A stretch of DNA of 64,000 bases, taken from assembly GCA_044892525.1 (NCBI GenBank), contig CM097885.1, positions 18,106,001 to 18,170,000 of the forward strand, read 5' to 3'. This DNA is from Schmidtea polychroa. Taxonomy: Eukaryota. The position numbers and the translations under genes were made by a program. Positions 1 to 10,040 of this stretch are shown here, piece after piece. Each line of letters begins with the position of its first letter. The first letter of the stretch is position 1. Under the pieces are notes generated by a model, which did not search any database, was not told where the DNA came from, and saw only the letters and a list, made by a program, of their open reading frames with translations.

Positions 1-170
1 AAGTTGTCAATATAAATATCGATAATCCCATGTATTTACCAATAGCAAGTTCATGTATAAACAATATAGAAATAAATATTCGTGATGATAGTGGAAAACT
101 TATAAACTTTCCAAAAGGTTCAAAAACTCATTTGACATTACATTTTCGTAAAGTAGATGGCAAATTCTGA
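1..170 (+). CDS. Polinton/adintovirus penton (minor capsid), C-terminal part, copy A
   Basis: Identical to the end of 30240..31313 (IEINIRDDSG...HLTLHFRK). Confidence 0.8.
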   Translation, partial: VVNINIDNPMYLPIASSCINNIEINIRDDSGKLINFPKGSKTHLTLHFRKVDGKF

Positions 171-520
171 TATTATTAGTATGTATAGTGGTAGCCAATC
201 TGGTGGCGAATTACCATATTTTATTGGTAAACAGTACGGATCGTGATGGTTGAGAACAATTGGTAGATTTGCATTGCCTATTCTTAAACGTATTGGTAGT
301 TTTGGTATGAAAACTGCAAAAGACGTTATTATGAATGAACAGAAAATATTACCATCTCTAAAAACAAATGCTTTAGCTGAATTAGGGAAAGTCTTACCAG
401 GGGTTGCAGGTATGTTTCAAAAAATCTCCAGCTCCCGCTCCTGTTCCAAAACGTAAAAGACATGGAATATCACGTATAAACAAACGAATGAAAGGACATG
501 GAACTATATTTGCAAAATGA
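157..520 (+). pseudogene. Polinton small basic/amphipathic core protein, copy A (nonsense TGA at 244-246)
   Basis: Same as 31300 ORF but GGA>TGA; also has the shared frameshift in the A-run at ~419-424. Confidence 0.7.
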
Positions 521-643
521 TTTGTGGTAAATCTGAATTATGTATATTTGATAGACCGTCGCCCCAGGCTGTAATAGAATTTGGGGCATTTGAGGAAGTT
601 TTTCCTATGAATTCAATTACCGATAGTAGAAATGATATAGAGT
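517..643 (+). pseudogene. Hexon (major capsid) N-terminal fragment, truncated by retroelement sequence (also 31660..31786, 55229..55355)
   Basis: MICGKSELCIFDRPSPQAV...NDIE, 3 mismatches seen versus 6401..6527. Confidence 0.85.
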
Positions 644-2264
644 AAATCAAAGTACAGGAGAGACCCCTTTTTACTTGATGTATTTAAGGAAAAATAATAT
701 GCCGATTGATCTCAAATTCCAACCACCAATTTCACAATATATGGAGATACCCGATTATAAAGCAGGTTTGACAATAAAGCACAACCAAGAGAAATATAAA
801 GAATCATACGATAAAAAAGCACATGCGCATGGCATAAAGATTGGAGATCTAGTATATCTGAACAGACCGGAACCTCTCAAAGGTTTATCGCCTAAATTGC
901 AAAGACCATTTAAAGGACCCTACAAAGTGTGCGACACCACCGAAACCAATTTGAAGTTATTACCATTCAGGAGTAAAAAGGCTAACCCGATGATTGTGCA
1001 TGCAAATCGATGTAAACTAGTGCCAGAGGAAGATGAATCTAGATACCCCTTAAGATCCAAGCAGAATAAAGTAACGGGTCAAACAAAATTGAAACAGAAA
1101 TTCACGAAAAATCCAACACCAGTCAGCTACATCAATAAGATATTATATGTAGCAATAATGCTGATGTTAGTAACAGTTGCGAGCGGCAAAAAGATTGATT
1201 TACCATATGCGGTAAACAAAATCCGAGGAATGGAGAAAATACATATATATTCCACTCTAACAAATATAGTATGGAGCTGTAAATGCGAGATCGCAGACCA
1301 AATAGAAATTATTAATTTACTAGCCAATACGGCACCAGTGGTAGAACTGAATTATGATAAAGATATAGTTGCGGTACGAAAGTTAAAGCCAAATTACAAA
1401 TACCAATGGCTGTTGAGACAGAACATGTCAAAGTGGTACACGCAAATTCCGATAGAAGTGCACACAAAAGAGATGCGAAACTTGATCGAGATAGAACCAG
1501 AGATAAACGGAATCAATATATATTGGAAGCCAGTGGACTTGGTGAAAGTGCGACTCACATTTCAAGGGTTAAATGTCGACACCCTTAACTCGCGAAAATC
1601 ATTTATCCGCTACGAGAAATTGAAAATGAATCAAAATTATTCAGTTAATGCAAACTACTACGAGAACATATGCCTCGAAAATGGAACGGTAGTGAGAAAC
1701 CAGTGGTCACGATTTAAGAGTGAGACCCAGTCTATCTATCTCAGAGACGAGTCAAATCGTATAACCCTTATATAGAAACGATATATAGTATAAACGATAT
1801 ATAGAAAATCAGGAAATGATGAAAGAGTTGTTATTATCTACAAACAAAAAACCCTGACTATATTAGATGCCGGTAATCATTTTTTTACACTTTACACTTC
1901 TGATTTAGAGACGGCATGGGAATTAACAGTTAAATATCAGCGATGGATAACCGATCCAGGCAGATGGCAAACAGTTTTCGTGGAAGTCAAGACAATCAAT
2001 GAATCGAAACGAAAATCATATACAACCACATCACCTTTCCAATTACCGACCCAAGAGACGACAAAACCTAACTCAAACAAACTAATGATGATAAATTCGG
2101 ATTTGACAGTCAACTATTGTGAATATCTCATTTACATTTTAATAACAGGTTTTCTCATCTTATCAATAACATTCATAATCATCACCATCTTGATATGTGT
2201 AAAAGAGAGACAACTAACTATCCTTCAACCACCATCATATTCATATTATGAGACAAGACTATAA
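642..2264 (+). mobile_element. Gypsy-type retroelement 3' part: integrase C-terminus fused in frame to an env-position membrane protein, copy A
   Basis: STGETPFYLMY, IGDLVYL, SPKLQRPFKGPYKV (GPY/F), VHANRCK, RYPLRS; then hydrophobic ILYVAIMLMLVTVASG. ORFs 675 and 1980 share one frame, separated by stops at 1773 and 1791; C-terminal TM. Confidence 0.8.
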
Positions 2265-2446
2265 ATTGTGATCTGCATGAATAGTGTATAAAAAAAAATA
2301 TATATTACATTTATATTAACAATGTGCATGTTTTATAAGTACCATAGGATGAACTGTGTAATTTGTTTGAGATTCGAAGCGAGGTGTTGATGCTTTGCGA
2401 ATAAAGAGTGATACAAAAAAAAATAACTATCATTTAATTTCAGAGA

Positions 2447-2692
2447 ATGCAAGAAGCCTCGGAGATGACATGCAAAGAGTGTAAAACAAGTACGCAAGAA
2501 CTAAAACAAAAGTTTCGTAGCATGCAGGGCAGAATAACAGATTTGGAGGAAGAAAACTTCCGTCTGAAAAGGCGGTTGGACCGTTTGGAAATCTTATTGT
2601 TTCAACACGAAGCCGATTTCGCGATGTTTCGAATGAGAGTAGAAGAAATGGAGGAATCGGAAGATGATGGTGAGATAAATCAATTAGACTAA
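2447..2692 (+). CDS. Small coiled-coil protein with CxxC and acidic tail (also 33590..33835, 57159..57404)
   Basis: Heptad ITDLEEENFRLKRRLDRLE; preceded by acceptor-like tttcag; coding-like composition. Confidence 0.55.
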   Translation: MQEASEMTCKECKTSTQELKQKFRSMQGRITDLEEENFRLKRRLDRLEILLFQHEADFAMFRMRVEEMEESEDDGEINQLD

Positions 2693-3145
2693 AAAAATAA
2701 ATTATTTAAACGGACCCTGTTGGTGTTTTTTCGTCCTCGAGAAAAAAAAATAATAGTTAAATAATTATAAGTAAATTAACAAATAATCAAATGAATAAAC
2801 AAATTGATATAAATAAATAAGTAAAAAAGTGATAAATTAAATGAATGAATAATAGATAAAAATGAACAAAGTTAAACGAGCAAATAGAATAACTCAAATA
2901 AATGTTGCAAATAATGAAATGACTACCTTAAATGAGCATTAGAAATAAATAATATGGCTGATTAGTAATTAATGAATTAGCATAACTATATAGCAATGGG
3001 TAACCCACTGGGCGAGAGAACAAAATTTTAAATAAGTAAGGAATAATTTAGTAGTAACAAAGACTAATCGCGAAGAGGGACACAATTACCCCACCCTTTC
3101 TAGCATAAATTAAAAACAAAGGTATGCTGAACATTTATTCAAAGT

Positions 3146-3450
3146 TTATTCGTCATCAGAGTCCAACAGAACGGGACTTTGGATGCCACAGTCCCATTCC
3201 CTGCGTACATTGCAAGGCGGGCGTCGTTCAAACCTACTGCCTGTATCCACACAGGCAAAGGTACGTTTCAATCCCTTTCGACGCGGTGGTAAAGGGACCC
3301 TGAAAAAGAAATTAAAAAAACCTGTTAGTATGGCAGTTAAATAACCATTGCATAACATCGAGATGTTCAAACTTAGGTTCTGGCACAGCCTAAAATAGTA
3401 AGGGTTGAAAAGAAAAAACGAAATAAATACTATGTAAAACTCCGTACCAT
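3146..3450 (-). CDS. Small spliced antisense gene of unknown function (also 34289..34593, 57858..58162)
   Basis: GT-AG introns 3390..3447 and 3300..3345 join to MAVPEPKFEHLDVMQWVPLPPRRKGLKR...VLLDSDDE*. Confidence 0.5.
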
Positions 3451-3720
3451 GGCGCCCTCGACAAATAATTAGTGCAGGGAAGTAATTGATTTTAAGAATT
3501 ACGTAATAAATTAATAAGTATAAATACGGCTAAAATTGTCAGAAAAATACGAGTAGCTGTAATTAGAGGTTTGCTTTTAGTATAAATACAAAATCAAAAA
3601 TCAAAAATATATGACCCAAAACATGAGTGTAGGTAGTTGCATAAACAAATTAACGAATTAAAATTAAAAAGTAAATAAGTTAATTTAATAAGCATCAATA
3701 AGTTAATTTAATATGCAACA

Positions 3721-3776
3721 CGAGCACTTGCAATCACCGGGGTTTGGCTACCCTGGACAGCGATTGCAAGTGTTCG
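3721..3776 (+). other. GC-rich stem-loop (also 34864..34919, 58433..58488)
   Basis: cgagcacttgcaatc pairs with gattgcaagtgttcg (15 bp, 1 G-U); inner ccggggt/accctgg stem. Confidence 0.7.
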
Positions 3777-3989
3777 GTTACTATGAGGGTAGTTGAGGAC
3801 AGCATGGTAAAAAGAATCACAAATACAAAAAATAACAAAAGATAGTTAATCACTTACGTCCATAGTAATTGAGGGATGGCGTTACTAAAATTCAAAGAAA
3901 AATATGAAAAAGAAAAATAAAATATAAAATGCTTACTTCAAGATTGGCAAGACAAAACTAACGAAAAGTGGTAAAGCAGAAACTTATAT

Positions 3990-4128
3990 AGAACGCTTAT
4001 CAGTACAGACTACGTTGACAAACTACAGAGTAATTAATTAGAAAGCTTATCAGCACGGCTACGTAAGAAACCACAGGGTAATTAATTATAGAGCCTATCG
4101 GTATCGGCTACGTCAAAAACCGCAGGAT
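3990..4128. repeat. Three diverged ~50-bp tandem repeats, enhancer-like
   Basis: gcttatcag..ctacgt..aaac.acag.gtaattaatta repeated, third copy partial. Confidence 0.65.
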
Positions 4129-6400
4129 AAGAAAAAATTCATTCGGAATATTAATGTTCATCGCAGATACCTTATCAGGCTGAGTAAACAGTCGGTCGGT
4201 GCGGGGGAGATTAACTTTTTACCATGCTGCGAGCGAAATAAACCAACAAGTTATTAATAACAAAAAAAAAATTATTTTTAAATCATAATATTAATAATAA
4301 TAGTAATAATGATGAAAGGAAAAAAAAAATAATAAAATAAATAAATTACCTTGCAACTGAGAATAAATTAGGCATATATTCTGCACATAAAAATCGATTT
4401 CCGCAATCAATAAAATAAAAAAAATTTTATCAGTGGTTTATCAAAATAAAAGCACCAGAAAATTCGAGTCACAATGGCTTCCAAAATTCAATATGCGCTC
4501 CCTAGAAATATTTAAAACCAACCAATTCTGTTATTGGGTTGAGCTAATTTTTGTTCCCGGGTCGATAATAAAATTTGCGGTTGTGTCTGATAAGTAGAAT
4601 GACTGACCAATCAGATTGAAATACATTCACCATTGGGATGAATTTTGAAGAAAATTGACACACACATACACGCAAGTGCACTCATTTATAGATACACACA
4701 AAGAACCCCGATTAATGTACAAGTACCGTGAACTACTTAATCGTAAAGACACACACACAGACAGACACACAAGCATGATTCCAACAAAATATAATTTAAT
4801 TTAAAAATTTTTTTGAAACAACTAAATAACTTTTTATGATTGCAATTTTTTTATGAATTAATTATTCAAATCAAACTTTATTTTCATCTCAGAGAATTAA
4901 AATTTTTATGAGAATTTACGTGGATAATAAAATTAAAACAACTTTTGAATGTTAAATGAATATGTAGACCACATAATTTAGCTAATTGAATGTCTTTAAT
5001 TTGGCCATTTTGCTTCAATTTCCACTTTTGTATAAAGAAATTATATTAAATCAATTTCACCTTTAATACTTTTTCAGTGTTCTGTACCTCAGAATACTCA
5101 AATGAAATACTGTACGACACCATTTTTGAGTAATTCACATTTTGCGATTAAATAGTTTCATTTATTTTTAATTACCTCCTAATGAAGATTTTTAAGTAAA
5201 ATAATTTTCACTATGTTTTCAATTTTTTTTAAAATAATAATCTAATTAAAATATTTAATATGAATTAATCATAAAACTTAAATTTTTGAAGAAGTTTATG
5301 TTTCACGTAGATCATCAATTCTTAACATTCCTCAATCATTGCTTCTAACTGCATAGCATTCTGGAACCATATATTCATATCTCTAATAAATTCATCATTT
5401 ATTCTGAGAGAGGTTTTAACTACAATAACCTTACCAGACTGTCTTTGGTCTACTCGACCATTTGAAAGATCCTGAAAATGTCTAATATCAGATAATATCT
5501 TTAACTGTGTTTCGGATCAGAATTAAATAACTGTATCCTGAAAAAAAAAGGATCAGATAATATCCTAAAAATCAATGCCAACAGTAGATACGAAAGCTGA
5601 CGTAAAACTATCACCAGCACAACGAAATAAAAATGAAGTTTTCCCAACTGAATTATTTTTAGCATACATTGTTGAACGTCTGGAATAAAATTGGTGCGTG
5701 GTCCGCAAACGGTTAAATTGATTTCTTTCTTTTCTTCACAATGACTTGGTGAAACAGCTAAAAATTTACATCGATATAAATATTATATAACCAAATTCGG
5801 GTGCCATTACAAAATTACCTAAAACAATCGGTCGCCGATAGTTGACTAACAAAATATATGAGGCATAATCAAGTTAAATATTATTTAATAGTATATATTA
5901 CATAAAAGTTTTTATAATCTTGTAAATGAAACCAAAAAAAAAATATTTCTTGCCAAATATTGATTCGATTGATAACATTGATCACATTTGGATATTCAGT
6001 CATATTATTTTTACACAAAATATATAAACCTAAATTCAAGTTGCAAAATTAAAATTGAAATCATGTTTCACTACCATTCAAAATACTATCTTGATCAATG
6101 AACTCTTGGTAATATAAATAATATAAGCCTTGTTCGGTTCGGAACGAAATCAATTTTTCAACATCACTGATAAACTAATTACCAAAAACGGAACACGATT
6201 TTCCAATAATTAAAATTTTAAACATAATCAGAGTTTTGATCTTGCTTTCTTGATTTTGGAATCGTAATAATCTGATCAGAACTAAATAACTGTACTGTCA
6301 ATCTGAGGGAAATTTCAAATACATATGGGAAATGGCTCAACGAATCACACGAAGAGGATTTATTCGTGCTCACAATTTTTCATTGGACTATATTTGCAAA

Positions 6401-7622
6401 ATGATTTGTGGTAAATCTGAATTATGTATATTTGATAGACCATCGCCCCAGGCTGTAATAAAATTTGGGGCTTTTGAGGAAGTTTTTCCTATGAATTCAA
6501 TTACCGATAGTAGAAATGATATAGAGTTTTATATTAATGGTTCGCAAACTGAATATTTAGATTTGAACGATACTTTATTGACTGTTCAGATCAAGGTTGT
6601 AGATAAAGATAGAAAAGTTTTGGATGCCAATGCAGATGTAATACCGAACAATTTCCTGTTTCATACTCTTTTTAAATGCAGTGTTGGGATTTAATAATAT
6701 CAAGATTGAGGGTGGAAATAATACATTCATTCACAAGGCATTAATAGAAACTATTTTAAATTACAATTCCGATACTAAAAATACATGCCTTACTCCTATG
6801 GGTTATGCAGCAGCAGATGATGAAAGAAAAAAGTGGGTTAAAGGCTCAAAGGTTTTCACCATGTGCTCATCATTACAACTCGATTTTATGGATCAACCGA
6901 AATATTTACTACCGGGAGTTAATGTACATATTAGACTGAAAAGGTCTGATTCTGTATTATCTCTTACTAGTGCAAATGGTGCACCAATATGTCAATTAGT
7001 TGATGCAAAATTATTGGTGAGAAGAGTTAGAGTAGACCCCTTAGTATTAGCTGGTCATCAATTAGGTCTTAATTCAAAACATGCAATTTATCCATTAAAA
7101 ACAAAGGAAATTGTACAATTCGCTATTGCTAAAGGTGCTTCATCATTCTATAAAGAACAAATATTTGGTGACAGAAGAATGCCTAATTTTATTCTGATAA
7201 CATTTCAAAGTGAAGCACAATATAATGGATCATATATTGCGTCCAGCTCAATTTTCAAAAACTTTGGTGTTACATCATTGACTTTGTCGAAAAATACTGA
7301 TTATAGAGAAACATATATTCAAGATTTCGAAAATGACAATTACTGTGCGACATATATGCAGAGTATTGTTAGAAATCTGGGTTATTTAGATAAAAATTTG
7401 AATTGTGGAATAACTCTAGAAGAATTTAAAAGCAAATACCCATTTTTTACATTTGTTTCAGCCCCTGATTTTGATTTAAATCAGAGTCAATTACCTCAAA
7501 ATGGAAATTTACGACTGGATATAAAGTTTGCAAAAGCTATTACTGAACCAGTACATGTTACAATATATGGAGTATTTGAAAATGAAATTCAAATTACTGC
7601 AAATAGAACTGTGTTGGTATAA
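6401..7622 (+). pseudogene. Polinton/adintovirus hexon (double jelly-roll major capsid), one frameshift at ~6676-6686, copy A
   Basis: KSEL.IF, IEFYING..EYLDLNDTLL, QPKYLLPGVNVHIRLKRS, GNLRLDIKFAKA motifs; split over ORFs 6332 and 6681. Confidence 0.85.
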
Positions 7623-7649
7623 ATGTATATTGAAACACAAAAAGTTGTC

Positions 7650-8033
7650 ATGGAGTAAGTTTTTTTATACTGTTTAATTTATTAAAGTAGTTCTGTTCAG
7701 GTTAATCGAATTGGAAAACAAATATTGGGAAATGAATTTGTTGGAGTTTTTCCTCTTGATAAAATTCCATATTTGAGCAATAATCAAGCAATAATCGTCA
7801 ATACTCAATCGTCTCATCTTGGTGGAGAACATTGGATAGCTATATATATGAAACCTGGTAATATATTCGTGTTCGATCCTATGGGTTTTTATTACCCAGC
7901 TTTGTTGATATCAAAACTACAAACAATGGGGAAACCTATCGTGTATAATAAAACTATGTTTCAAAATCCATTGACCCAAACATGTGGTCAACATTGTTTA
8001 GCTTGGTTGTTGTATAAAAAATTTGATGTTTAA
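7650..8033 (+). CDS. Adenain-like cysteine protease (Polinton PRO) with a 36-nt intron, copy A
   Basis: FVGVFP.D, IVNT..S..GGEHWIAI, FDPMG, FQ...TQTCGQHC (His/Asp/Gln/Cys); intron 7655..7690. Confidence 0.88.
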
Positions 8034-8061
8034 TAAATGTATCCTTTCCTTTGTTGTTGTG

Positions 8062-8069
8062 ATTATTAA

Positions 8070-8103
<34 letters not shown>

Positions 8104-8157
8104 TTTTATTAAATTTATTATTATTATTATTAATATTATTATTAATATTATTATTAA

Positions 8158-8197
<40 letters not shown>

Positions 8198-8215
8198 TTC
8201 AAAAATATTATTATT
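8062..8215. repeat. (TAT)n microsatellite; length differs among the three units
   Basis: Direct reading. Confidence 0.95.
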
Positions 8216-8532
8216 TTAAATTAGGTTTATTATTATTTAGATAAATATTATTATCATTTTGTCATAAAGACATCACATGCATGGAGCATGCACAGTGCAT
8301 GTTAACAAAGGCATGACTAACAAAGGCAGTCACATGAAATTTCAATGTGATTACCAATGCATGCATGCATGTGTAGATGTAATATGATTGGTTTCTATGT
8401 GTGTGTGTCTAGATTCTCATTGGCTGGGACAGGAAAATATTCATTCTCTTTATAAACATTTACAAATCTAAAATTTGTCACAATTTTTTAAATATTTCAA
8501 ATTCTAAATTTCAACTATTAAAATTTTTCATA

Positions 8533-9079
8533 ATGGCAAAGAATAACAACAACATATTAAGAAGTCTATTGACTAGTGGTAATTTTATTATTTATTTATT
8601 TATTATATTTTATTCTTTATTTTTTAGATGTGTTCGATTGGTATCAAGTTACTGAGGACGAAAGAATTCTGAATGTGGATAAGATTTTTGGTAATTTTAA
8701 TATTTTTACTGTTTATAAAATTAATTTTTCATTTAGATCCGATTTTTATTAGCGATGACGACGATGATGTCGTATTTATTGGGCAAACTAATGCCCCAGT
8801 TTCCTGTAAATTTTTCAATAAACAAAGTAAATTTATTTTATTTTAGTAAATTATTTTTAAAAAACATTTTAGAGTTAAATGTCGATTTGGATGCAGATAC
8901 CACAATTAATAATGATGAGGAAAACAATGTGGAAAATGCCCTCACTTTTATTGAGTAGAATAATGCCCTCACTTCTATTGAGGAGAATAATGCCTTCACT
9001 TTTATTGAGAAGAATAATGCCCTCACTTCTATTGAGGAGGTAGCTGATAATGAATCTGATTCCGACATGGAATCACGAT
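8533..9079 (+). pseudogene. Spliced acidic protein gene with 27-bp coding repeats and an in-frame TAG at 8956 (also 39679..40225, 63253..63799)
   Basis: Exons 8533-8578, 8628-8690, 8737-8826, 8873-9079 with GT-AG introns of 46-49 nt, all phase 1. Confidence 0.6.
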
Positions 9080-9189
9080 GTTAGTATTTATTTATTTTTA
9101 TATATTTATTTTTATATATTTATTTTTTAAAAACCTTTTAAATTTCTTAAATACTTTTAAACATTTTCTTAAAAACTTATTTATAAAAA

Positions 9190-9322
9190 CTTATTATGAA
9201 AATGAAGAAAATATTATGATGAAATTGAAAATGTTATGATGACTAAAATGATGAAAATATTATGAGGAAGAAATGATGAAAATATTATGATGAAGAAAAT
9301 GATGAAAATATTATGAAAATGT
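9190..9322. repeat. Low-complexity minisatellite (gatgaaaatattatga-like)
   Basis: Direct reading. Confidence 0.7.
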
Positions 9323-9644
9323 TTAAAAAGTTGCGATGTACTTTTTTTAATAAACTATGATTGTATATTTATTATCTATATTATTTCGATTAGTTTTTAA
9401 AAATCAAAATTTTAAAAGTGAAAAAAACCTGACAGTGACAGATTAATAACGTGGGTAAGAATAAAAAAATTAATTCGCTCGCCGTGAACAAACAACTTAA
9501 ACTTCTGGTCACTGTAAGCAAAAATAAATCTTGACTATCATTATTTTAGAAAAATCAAATAAAAGTTAAAACTTCAAAAACTGCACTTTTTTCTTGAAAA
9601 TTTGGAAAATATTGTGAAAACGGAAAGACGATAGATTTACATCA

Positions 9645-9708
9645 TCCGGGTCATAGTTAACCAGGAGACGGGAGACTCTCGGTAAAAACGGGAGAGTTGG
9701 CAAGCCTA
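9645..9708. mobile_element. Lone hAT-like transposon terminus (also ~40791..40854)
   Basis: cgggaga subterminal repeats followed by gttggcaagccta (reverse complement TAGGCTTGCCAAC); partner end not found. Confidence 0.5.
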
Positions 9709-10040
9709 ATATTAATAGTAAAATTGAAATTTCATAAAATTGAAAAGCTCATTAATTGAATTTTAATTAGGGTTCAAATTTTCCAAAAAAATATTCTTTT
9801 ATATCAAAAAATGTACACAACATTTAAATTTCACTGACACGACTTTTTATTTAGTTTGAAATTCAAAATTCATTAATTTCTCAATTTAAAAATTTTTATG
9901 TTCAATATTTTAAAATGTTTGAACTATTTTGACGTAAGTTGTTTTACGAACTCATTAAAATACTATATAACTTAGAAGTTGATCTACAATTTCAAAATTT
10001 TGTATATCAAGGTCACGATTTTTATTGATTAATAAGAAAA

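Noticed and set aside
4195..4800. Possible polypurine tract (gggggaga) and 3' LTR
   Set aside because: No TG...CA boundaries and no second LTR to compare
6332..6400. N-terminal extension MAQRITRR... of the hexon
   Set aside because: Lies outside the homology with the 517 copy; the true start is ATG 6401
6670..6690. Programmed frameshift in the hexon (ctttttaaa)
   Set aside because: A slippery-like run is present, but no stimulatory structure is evident and the element has other lesions; simple indel is more parsimonious
7954..8202. Poly-Ile/Asn ORFs (also 17232..17438 and copies)
   Set aside because: Translation of (TAT)n/(AAT)n microsatellites
8935..9040. 27-bp repeats as a CRISPR array
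   Set aside because: No unique spacers; in-frame coding minisatellite in eukaryotic DNA
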